From NCBI RefSeq assembly GCF_009914755.1, contig NC_060935.1: a stretch of 64,000 nt of DNA. One strand, written 5' to 3'. How positions within the stretch are numbered: position 1 is the first letter of the stretch; every line of letters begins with the position of its first letter. Source of the stretch: the human T2T-CHM13v2.0 reference genome, Homo sapiens. Shown here one piece after another: positions 14,701 through 26,000 of the stretch. Both the position numbers and the translations under genes were made by a program. The notes beneath the pieces were generated by a model. It had not been told where the DNA came from. It saw nothing but the letters and a program-made list of their open reading frames with translations, and ran no database searches.

Positions 14701-17700
14701 ATTTCGTTGGAAAAGGGCTAAACTTCCCAGAACTACACGGAAGCATTCTGAGAAACTTCTTTGTGATGTTTGCATTCAACTCACAGAGTTGAACCTTGCT
14801 TTCAAAGTTCAGCTTTCAAACACTGTTTTTGTAGAATCTGCAAGTGGATATTTGGACCACTTTGGGGCCTTCCTTCGAAACGGGTATATCTTCACATCAA
14901 ACCTAGACAGAAGCATTCTCAGAATGTTTCCTGTGATGACTGCATTCAACTCACAGAGGTGAACAATCCTGCTGATGGAGCAGTTTTGAAACTCTCTTTC
15001 TTTGGATTCTGCAAGTGGATATGTGGACCTCTGTGAAGATTTCGTTGGAAACGGGTTCATCTTCACAGAAAAACTAAACAGGAGCATTCTCAGAAACTGC
15101 TTTGTGATGTTTGTGTTCCACTTCAAGAATTGAACGTTCCTCTTGACAGAGTAGCTCTGAAACCCTCTTTTTCTAGAATCTGCAAGTGGACACTTGGAGG
15201 GCTTTGAGGCCTGTGGTGGAAAAGGAAAATCTTCACATAAAAACTAGATGGAAGCATTCTCAGAAACTACTTTGTGATGATTGCATTCGACTCACAGAGT
15301 TGAACATTCCTATAGATAGAGCAGGTTGTAAACAATCTTTTTGTAGAATCTGCGATTGGAGATTTGGACTGCTTTGAGGCCTACTGTAGTAAAGGAAATA
15401 ACTTCATCTAAAAACCAAACGGAAGCATTCACAGAAAATTCTTAGTGATCATTGGATTGAACTAACAGAGCTGAACATTCCTTTAGATGGCACAGTTTCC
15501 AAACACACTTTCTGTAGAATCTGCAAGTGGATATTTGGACCTCTCTGAGGATTTCGTTGGAAAAGGGCTAAACTTCCCAGAACTACACGGAAGCATTCTG
15601 AGAAACTTCTTTGTGATGTTTGCATTCAACTCACAGAGTTGAACCTTGCTTTCAAAGTTCAGCTTTCAAACACTCTTTTTGTAGAATCTGCAAGTGGATA
15701 TTTGGACCAATTTGGGGCCTTCCTTCGAAACGGGTTCATCTTCACAGAAAAACTAAACAGGAGCATTCTCAGAAACTGCTTTGTGATGTTTGTGTTCCAC
15801 TTCAAGAATTGAACTTTCCTCTTGACAGAGCAGCTCTGAAACCCTCTTTTTCTAGAATCTGCAAGTGGACATTTGGAGGGCTTTGAGGCCTGTGGTGGAA
15901 AAGGAAAATCTTCACATAAAAACTAGATGGAAGCATTCTCAGAAACTACTTTGTGATGATTGCATTCGACTCACAGAGTTGAACATTCCTATAGATAGAG
16001 CAGTTTGTAAACAATCTTTTTGTAGAATCTGCGATTGGAGATTTGGACTGCTTTGAGGCCTACTGTAGTAAAGGAAATAACTTCATCTAAAAACCAAACG
16101 GAAGCATTCACAGAAAATTCTTAGTGATCATTCGATTGAACTAACAGAGCTGAACATTCCTTTAGATGGCACAGTTTCCAAACACACTTTCTGTAGAATC
16201 TGCAAGTGGATATTTGGACCTCTCTGAGGATTTCGTTGGAAACGGGCTAAACTTCCCAGAACTACACGGAAGCATTCTGAGAAACTTCTTTGTGATGTTT
16301 GCATTCAACTCACAGTGTTGAACCTTGCTTTCATAGTTCAGCTTTCAAACACTCTTTTTGTAGAATCTGCAAGTGGATATTTGGACCCCTTTGTGGCCTT
16401 CCTTCGAAACGGGTATATCTTCACATCAAACCTAGACAGAAGCATTCTCAGAATGTTTCCTGTGATGACTGCATTCAACTCACAGAGGTGAACAATCCTG
16501 CTGATGGAGCAGTTTTGAAACTCTCTTTCTTTGGATTCTGCAAGTGGATATGTGGACCTCTGTGAAGATTTCATTGGAAACGGGTTCATCTTCACAGAAA
16601 AACTAAACAGGAGCATTCTCAGAAACTGCTTTGTGATGTTTGTGTTCCACTTCAAGAATTGAACTTTCCTCTTGACAGAGCAGCTCTGAAAGCCTCTTTT
16701 TCTAGAATCTGCAAGTGGACATTTGGAGGGCTTTGAGGCCTGTGGTGGAAAAGGAAAATCTTCACATAAAAACTAGATGGAAGCATTCTCAGAAACTACT
16801 TTGTGATGATTGCATTCGACTCACAGAGTTGAACATTCCTATAGATAGAGCAGGTTGTAAACAATCTTTTTGTAGAATCTGCGATTGGAAATTTGGACTG
16901 CTTTGAGGCCTACTGTAGTAAAGGAAATAACTTCATCTAAAAACCAAACGGAAGCATTCACAGACAATTCTTAGTGATCATTGGATTGAACTAACACAGC
17001 TGAACATTCCTTTAGATGGAGCAGATTCCAAACACACTTTCTGTAGAATCTGCAAGTGGATATTTGGACCTCTCTGAGGATTTCGTTGGAAACGGGATAA
17101 ACTTCCCAGAACTACACGGAAGCATTCTGAGAAACTTCTTTGTGATGTTTGCATTCAACTCACAGAGTTGAACCTTGCTTTCATAGTTCAGCTTTCAAAC
17201 ACTCTTTTTGTAGAATCTGCAAGTGGATATTTGGACCACTTTGAGGCCTTCCTTCGAAACGGGTATATCTTCACATCAAACCTAGACAGAAGCATTCACA
17301 GAATGTTTCCTGTGATGACTGCATTCAACTCACAGAGGTGAACAATCCTGCTGATGGAGCAGTTTTGAAACTCTCTTTCTTTGGATTCTGCAGGTGGATA
17401 TGTGGACCTCTGTGAAGATTTCGTTGGAAACGGGTTCATCTTCACAGAAAAACTAAACAGGAGCATTCTCAGAAACTGCTTTGTGATGTTTGTGTTCCAC
17501 TTCAAGAATTGAACTTTCCTCTTGAGAGAGCAGCTCTGAAACCCTCTTTTTCTAGAATCTGCAAGTGGACATTTGGAGGGCTTTGAGGCCTGTGGTGGAA
17601 AAGGAAAATCTTCACATAAAAACTAGATGGAAGCATTCTCAGAAACTACTTTGTGATGATTGCATTCGACTCACAGAGTTGAACATTCCTATACATAGAG

Positions 17701-19940
17701 CAGGTTGTAAACAATCTTTTTGTAGAATCTGCGATTGGAGATTTGGACTGCTTTGAGGCCTACTGTAGTAAAGGAAATAACTTCATCTAAAAACCAAACG
17801 GAAGCATTCACAGAAAATTCTTAGTGATCATTGGATTGAACTAACAGAGCTGAACATTCCTTTAGATGGCACAGTTTCCAAACACACTTTCTGTAGAATC
17901 TGCAAGTGGATATTTGGACCTCTCTGAGGATTTCGTTGGAAACGGGCTAAACTTCCCAGAACTACACGGAAGCATTCTGAGAAACTTCTTTGTGATGTTT
18001 GCATTCAACTCACAGAGTTGAACCTTGCTTTCATAGTTCAGCTTTCAAACACTCTTTTTGTAGAATCTGCAAGTGGATATTTGGACCACTTTGAGGCCTT
18101 CCTTCGAAACGGGTATATCTTCACATCAAACCTAGACAGAAGCATTCTCAGAATGTTTCCTGTGATGACTGCATTCAACTCACAGAGGTGAACAATCCTG
18201 CTGATGGAGCAGTTTTGAAACTCTCTTTCTTTGGATTCTGCAAGTGGATATGTGGACCTCTGTGAAGATTTCGTTGGAAACGGGTTCATCTTCACAGAAA
18301 AACTAAACAGGAGCATTCTCAGAAACTGCTTTGTGATGTTTGTGTTCCACTTCAAGAATTGAACTTTCCTCTTGACAGAGCAGCTCTGAAACCCTCTTTT
18401 TCTAGAATCTGCAAGTGGACATTTGGAGGGATTTGAGGCCTGCGGTGGAAAAGGAAAATCTTCACATAAAAACTAGATGGAAGCATTCTCAGAAACTACT
18501 TTTTGATGATTGCATTCGACTCACAGAGTTGAACATTCCTATAGATAGAGCAGGTTGTAAACAATCTTTTTGTAGAATCTGCGATTGGAGATTTGGACTG
18601 CTTTGAGGCCTACTGTAGTAAAGGAAATAACTTCATCTAAAAACCAAACGGAAGCATTCACAGAAAATTCTTAGTGATCATTGGATTGAACTAACAGAGC
18701 TGAACATTCCTTTAGATGGCACAGTTTCCAAACACACTTTCTGTAGAATCTGCAAGTGGATATTTGGACCTCTCTGAGGATTTCGTTGGAAAAGGGCTAA
18801 ACTTCCCAGAACTACACGGAAGCATTCTGAGAAACTTCTTTGTGATGTTTGCATTCAACTCACAGAGTTGAACCTTGCTTTCAAAGTTCAGCTTTCAAAC
18901 ACTCTTTTTGTAGAATCTGCAAGTGGATATTTGGACCACTTTGGGGCCTTCCTTCGAAACGGGTATATCTTCACATCAAACCTAGACAGAAGCATTCTCA
19001 GAATGTTTCCTGTGATGACTGCATTCAACTCACAGAGGTGAACAATCCTGCTGATGGAGCAGTTTTGAAACTCTCTTTCTTTGGATTCTGCAAGTGGATA
19101 TGTGGACCTCTGTGAAGATTTCGTTGGAAACGGGTTCATCTTCACAGAAAAACTAAACAGGAGCATTCTCAGAAACTGCTTTGTGATGTTTGTGTTCCAC
19201 TTCAAGAATTGAACGTTCCTCTTGACAGAGTAGCTCTGAAACCCTCTTTTTCTAGAATCTGCAAGTGGACACTTGGAGGGCTTTGAGGCCTGTGGTGGAA
19301 AAGGAAAATCTTCACATAAAAACTAGATGGAAGCATTCTCAGAAACTACTTTGTGATGATTGCATTCGACTCACAGAGTTGAACATTCCTATAGATAGAG
19401 CAGGTTGTAAACAATCTTTTTGTAGAATCTGCGATTGGAGATTTGGACTGCTTTGAGGCCTACTGTAGTAAAGGAAATAACTTCATCTAAAAACCAAACG
19501 GAAGCATTCACAGAAAATTCTTAGTGATCATTGGATTGAACTAACAGAGCTGAACATTCCTTTAGATGGCACAGTTTCCAAACACACTTTCTGTAGAATC
19601 TGCAAGTGGATATTTGGACCTCTCTGAGGATTTCGTTGGAAAAGGGCTAAACTTCCCAGAACTACACGGAAGCATTCTGAGAAACTTCTTTGTGATGTTT
19701 GCATTCAACTCACAGAGTTGAACCTTGCTTTCAAAGTTCAGCTTTCAAACACTCTTTTTGTAGAATCTGCAAGTGGATATTTGGACCAATTTGGGGCCTT
19801 CCTTCGAAACGGGTTCATCTTCACAGAAAAACTAAACAGGAGCATTCTCAGAAACTGCTTTGTGATGTTTGTGTTCCACTTCAAGAATTGAACTTTCCTC
19901 TTGACAGAGCAGCTCTGAAACCCTCTTTTTCTAGAATCTG
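11780..19940 (+). repeat. Tandem duplication of a 4079-bp (24-monomer) block; ends approximate
   Basis: Private variants recur at +4079: ORF pairs 11786/15865, 12220/16299, 12636/16715, 13217/17296, 14336/18415, 15186/19265, 15620/19699. Confidence 0.92.
15255..15933 (+). repeat. 4-mer HOR structural variant (679 bp), hybrid monomer at 15594-15763
   Basis: Same W2/W3 junction CCTTCCTTCGAAACGGGTTCATC and the same private SNPs as the 5226 copy. Confidence 0.95.
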
Positions 19941-20012
19941 TAAGTGGACATTTGGAGGGCTTTGAGGCCTGTGGTGGAAAAGGAAAATCTTCACATAAAA
20001 ACTAGATGGAAG
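19334..20012 (+). repeat. 4-mer HOR structural variant (679 bp), hybrid monomer at 19673-19842
   Basis: Same junction, exactly 4079 bp downstream of the 15255 copy. Confidence 0.95.
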
Positions 20013-23000
20013 CATTCTCAGAAACTACTTTGTGATGATTGCATTCGACTCACAGAGTTGAACATTCCTATAGATAGAGCAGGTTGTAAACAATCTTTTT
20101 CTAGAATCTGCGATTGGAGATTTGGACTGCTTTGAGGCCTACTGTAGTAAAGCAAATAACTTCATCTAAAAACCAAACTGAAGCATTCACAGACAATTCT
20201 TAGTGATCATTGGATTGAACTAACAGAGCTGAACGTTCCTTTAGATGGCGCAGTTTAAAAAACACACTTTCTGTAGAATCTGCAAGTGGATATTTGGACC
20301 TCTCTGAGGATTTCGTTGGAAACGGGATAAACTTCCTGGAACTACACGGAAGCATTCTGAGAAACTTCTTTGTGATGTTTGCATTCAACTCACAGAGTTG
20401 AACCTTGCTTTCATAGTTCAGCTTTCAAACACTCTTTTTGTAGAATCTGCAAGTGGATATTTGGACCACTTTGTGGCCTTCCTTCGAAACGGGTATATCT
20501 TCACATCAAACCTAGACAGAAGCATTCTCAGAATGTTTCCTGTGATGACTGCATTCAACACACAGAGGTGAACAATCCTGTTGATGGAGCAGTTTTGAAA
20601 CTCTCTTTCTTTGGATTCTGCAACTGGATATGTGGACCTCTGTGAAGATTTCGTTGGAAACGGGTTCATCTTCACAGAAAAACTAAACAGGAGCATTCTC
20701 AGAAACTGCTTTGTGATGTTTGTGTTCCACTTCAAGAATTGAACTTTCCTCTTGACAGCGCAGCTCTGAAACCCTCTTTTTCTAGAATCTGCAAGTGGAC
20801 ATTTGGAGGGCTTTGAGGCCTGTGGTGGAAAAGGAAACTCTTCCCATAAAAACTAGATGGAAGCATTCTCAGAAACTACTTTGTGATGATTGCATTCGAC
20901 TCACAGAGTTGAACATTCCTATAGATAGAGCAGGTTGTAAACAATCTTTTTGTAGAATCTGCGATTGGAGATTTGGACTGCTTTGAGGCCTACTGTAGTA
21001 AAGGAAATAACTTCATCTAAAAACCAAACGGAAGCATTCACAGACAATTCTTAGTGATCATTGGATTGAACTAACAGAGCTGAACATTCCTTTAGATGGA
21101 GCAGTTTCCAAACACACTTTCTGTAGAATCTGCAAGTGGATATTTGGACTTCTCTGAGGATTTCGTTGGAAACGGGATAAACTTCCCAGAACTACACGGA
21201 AGCATTCTGAGAAACTTCTTTGTGATGTTTGCATTCAACTCACAGAGTTGAACCTTGCTTTCATAGTTCAGCTTTCAAACACTCTTTTTGTAGAATCTGC
21301 AAGTGGATATTTGGACCACTTTGTGGCCTTCCTTCGAAACGGGTATATCTTCACATCAAACCTAGACAGAAGCATTCTCAGAATGTTTCCTGTGATGACT
21401 GCATTCAACTCACAGAGGTGAACAATCCTGCTGATGGAGCAGTTTTGAAACTCTCTTTCTTTGGATTCTGCAAGTGGATATGTGGACCTCTGTGAAGATT
21501 TCGTTGGAAACGGGTTCATCTTCACAGAAAAACTAAACAGGAGCTATTCTCAGAAACTGCTTTGTGATGTTTGTGTTCCACTTCAAGAATTGAACTTTCC
21601 TCTTGACAGAGCAGCTCTGAAACCCTCTTTTTCTAGAATCTGCAAGTGGACATTTGGAGGGCTTTGAGGCCTGTGGTGGAAAAGGAAAATCTTCACATAA
21701 AAACTAGATGGAAGCATTCTCAGAAACTACTTTGTGATGATTGCATTCGACTCACAGAGTTGAACATTCCTATAGATAGAGCAGGTTGTAAACAATCTTT
21801 TTGTAGAATCTGCGATTGGAGATTTGGACTGCTTTGAGGCCTACTGTAGTAAAGGAAATAACTTCATCTAAAAACCAAACGGAAGCATTCACAGACAATT
21901 CTTAGTGATCATTGGATTGAACTAACAGAGCTGAACATTCCTTTAGATGGAGCAGTTTCCAAACACACTTTCTGTAGAATCTGCAAGTGGATATTTGGAC
22001 CTCTCTGAGGATTTCGTTGGAAACGGGATAAACTTCCCAGAACTACACGGAAGCATTCTGAGAAACTTCTTTGTGATGTTTGCATTCAACTCACAGGGAT
22101 GAACCTTGCTTTCATAGTTCAGCTTTCAAATACTCTTTTTGTAGAATCTGCAAGTGGATATTTGGACCACTTTGTGGCCTTCCTTCGAAACGGGTATATC
22201 TTCACATCAAACCTAGACAGAAGCATTCTCAGAATGTTTCCTGTGATGACTGCATTCAACTCACAGAGGTGAACAATCCTGCTGATGGAGCAGTTTTGAA
22301 ACTCTCTTTCTTTGGATTCTGCAAGTGGATATGTGGACCTCTGTGAAGATTTCGTTGGAAACGGGTTCATCTTCACAGAAAAACTAAACAGGAGCATTCT
22401 CAGAAACTGCTTTGTGATGTTTGTGTTCCACTTCAAGAATTGAACTTTCCTCTTGACAGAGCAGCTCTGAAACCCTCTTTTTCTAGAATCTGCAGGAGGA
22501 CATTTGGAGGGCTTTGAGGCCTGTGGTGGAAAAGGAAAATCTTCACATAAAAACTAGATGGAAGCATTCTCAGAAACTACTTTGTGATGATTGCATTCGA
22601 CTCACAGAGTTGAACATTCCTATAGATAGAGCAGGTTGTAAACAATCTTTTTGTAGAATCTGCGATTGGAGATTTGGACTGCTTTGAGGCCTACTGTAGT
22701 AAAGGAAATAACTTCATCTAAAAACCAAACGGAAGCATTCACAGACAATTCTTAGTGATCATTGAATTGAACTAACAGAGCTGAACATTCCTTTAGATGG
22801 AGCAGTTTCCAAACACACTTTCTGTAGAATCTGCAAGTGGATATTTGGACCTCTCTGAGGATTTCGTTGGAAACGGGATAAACTTCCCAGAACTACACGG
22901 AAGCATTCTGAGAAACTTCTTTGTGATGTTTGCATTCAACTCACAGAGTTGAACCTTGCTTTCATAGTTCAGCTTTCAAACACTCTTTTTGTAGAATCTG

Positions 23001-26000
23001 CAAGAGGATATTTCGAACATTTTGTGGCCTTCCTTCGAAACGGGTATATCTTCACATCAAACCTAGACAGAATCATTCTCTGAATGTTTCCTGTGATGAC
23101 TGCATTCAACACACAGAGGTGAACAATCCTGCTGATGGAGCAGTTTTGAAACTCTCTTTCTTTGGATTCTGCAAGTGGATATGTGGACCTCTGTGAACAT
23201 TTCGTTGGAAACGGGTTCATCTTCACAGAAAAACTAAACAGGAGCATTCTCAGAAACTGTTTTGTGATGTTTGTGTTCCACTTCAAGAATTGAACTTTCC
23301 TCTTGACAGAGCAGCTCTGAAACCCTCTTTTTCTAGAATCTGCAAGTGGACATTTGGTGGGATTTGAGGCCTGTGGTGGAAAAGGAAAATCTTCACATAA
23401 AAACTAGATGGAAGCATTCTCAGAAACTACTTTGTGATGATTGCATTCGACTCACAGAGTTGAACATTCCTATAGATACAGCAGGTTGTAAACAATCTTT
23501 TTGTAGAATCTGCGATTGGAGATTTGGACTGCTTTGAGGCCTACTGTAGTAAAGGAAATAACTTCATCTAAAAACCAAACGGAAGCATTCACAGACAATT
23601 CTTAGTGATCATTGGATTGAACTAACAGAGCTGAACATTCCTTTAGATGGAGCAGTTTCCAAACACACTTTCTGTAGAATCTGCAAGTGGATATTTGGAC
23701 CTCTCTGAGGATTTCGTTGGAAACGGGATAAACTTCCCAGAACTACACGGAAGCATTCTGAGAAACTTCTTTGTGATGTTTGCATTCAACTCACAGGGTT
23801 GAACCTTGCTTTCATAGTTCAGCTTTCAAACACTCTTTTTGTAGAATCTGCAAGTGGATATTTGGACCACTTTGTGGCCTTCCTTCGAAACGGGTATATC
23901 TTCACATCAAACCTAGACAGAAGCATTCTCAGAATGTTTCCTGTGATGACTGCATTCAACTCACAGAGGTGAACAATCCTGCTGATGGAGCAGTTTTGAA
24001 ACTCTCTTTCTTTGGATTCTGCAAGTGGATATGTGGACCTCTGTGAAAATTTCGTTGGAAACGGGTTCATCTTCACAGAAAAACTAAACAGGAGCATTCT
24101 CAGAAACTGCTTTGTGATGTTTTTGTTCCACTTCAAGAATTGAACTTTCCTCTTGACAGAGCAGCTCTGAAACCCTCTTTTTCTAGAATCTGCAAGTGGA
24201 CATTTGGAGGGCTTTGAGGCCTGTGGTGGAAAAGGAAAATCTTCACATAAAAACTAGATGGAAGCATTCTCAGAAACAACTTTGTGATGATTGCATTCGA
24301 CTCACAGAGTTGAACATTCCTATAGATAGAGCAGGTTGTAAACAATCTTTTTGTAGAATCTGCGATTGGAGATTTGGAGTGCTTTGAGGCCTACTGTAGT
24401 AAAGGAAATAACTTCATCTAAAAACCAAACGGAATCATTCACAGACAATTCTTAGTGATCATTGGATTGAACTAACAGAGCTGAACATTCCTTTAGATGG
24501 CGCAGTTTCCAAACACACTTTCTGTAGAATCTGCAAGTGGATATTTGGACCTCTCTGAGGATTTCGTTGGAAACGGGATAAACTTCCCAGAACTACACGG
24601 AAGCATTCTGAGAAACTTCTTTGTGATGTTTGCATTCAACTCACAGAGTTGAACCTTGCTTTCATAGTTCAGCTTTCAAACACTCTTTTTGTAGAATCTG
24701 CAAGTGGATATTTGGACCACTTTGTGGCCTTCCTTCGAAACGGGTATATCTTCACATCAAACCTAGACAGAAGCATTCTTAGAATGTTTCCTGTGATGAC
24801 TGCATTCAACTCACAGAGGTGAACAATCCTGTTGATGGAGCAGTTTTGAAACTCTCTTTCTTTGGATTCTGCAAGTGGATATGTGGACCTCTGTGAAGAT
24901 TTCGTTGGAAACGGGTTCATCTTCACAGAAAAACTAAACAGGAGCATTCTCAGAAACTGCTTTGTGATGTTTGTGTTCCACTTGAAGAATTGAACTTTCC
25001 TCTTGACAGAGCAGCTCTGAAACCCTCTTTTTCTAGAATCTGCAAGTGGACATTTGGAGGGCTTTGAGGCCTGTGGTGGAAAAGGAAAATCTTCACATAA
25101 AAACTAGATGGAAGCATTCTCAGAAACTACTTTGTGATGATTGCATTCGACTCACAGAGTTGAACATTCCTATAGATAGAGCAGGTTGTAAACAATCTTT
25201 TTGTAGAATCTGCGATTGGAGATTTGGACTGCTTTGAGGCCTACTGTAGTAAAGGAAATAACTTCATCTAAAAACCAAACGGAAGCATTCACAGACAATT
25301 CTTAGTGATCATTGGATTGAACTAACAGAGCTGAACATTCCTTTAGATGGAGCAGTTTCCAAACACACTTTCTGTAGAATCTGCAAGTGGATATTTGGAC
25401 TTCTCTGAGGATTTCGTTGGAAACGGGATAAACTTCCGAGAACTACACGGAAGCATTCTGAGAAACTTCTTTGTGATGGTTGCATTCAACTCACAGAGTT
25501 GAACCTTGCTTTCATAGTTCAGCTTTCAAACACTCTTTTTGTAGAATCTGCAAGTGGATATTTGGACCACTTTGTGGCCTTCCTTCGAAACGGGTATATC
25601 TTCACATCAAACCTAGACAGAAGCATTCTCAGAATGTTTCCTGTGATGACTGCATTCAACTCACAGAGGTGAACAATCCTGCTGATGGAGCAGTTTTGAA
25701 ACTCTCTTTCTTTGGATTCTGCAAGTGGATATGTGGACCTCTGTGAAGATTTCGTTGGAAACGGGTTCATCTTCACAGAAAAACTAAACAGGAGCATTCT
25801 CAGAAACTGCTTTGTGATGTTTGTGTTCCACTTCAAGAATTGAACTTTCCTCTTGACAGAGCAGCTCTGAAACCCTCTTTTTCTAGAATCTGCAAGTGGA
25901 CATTTGGAGGGCTTTGAGGCCTGTGGTGGAAAAGGAAAATCTTCACATAAAAACTAGATGGAAGCATTCTCAGAAACTACTTTGTGATGATTGCATTCGA

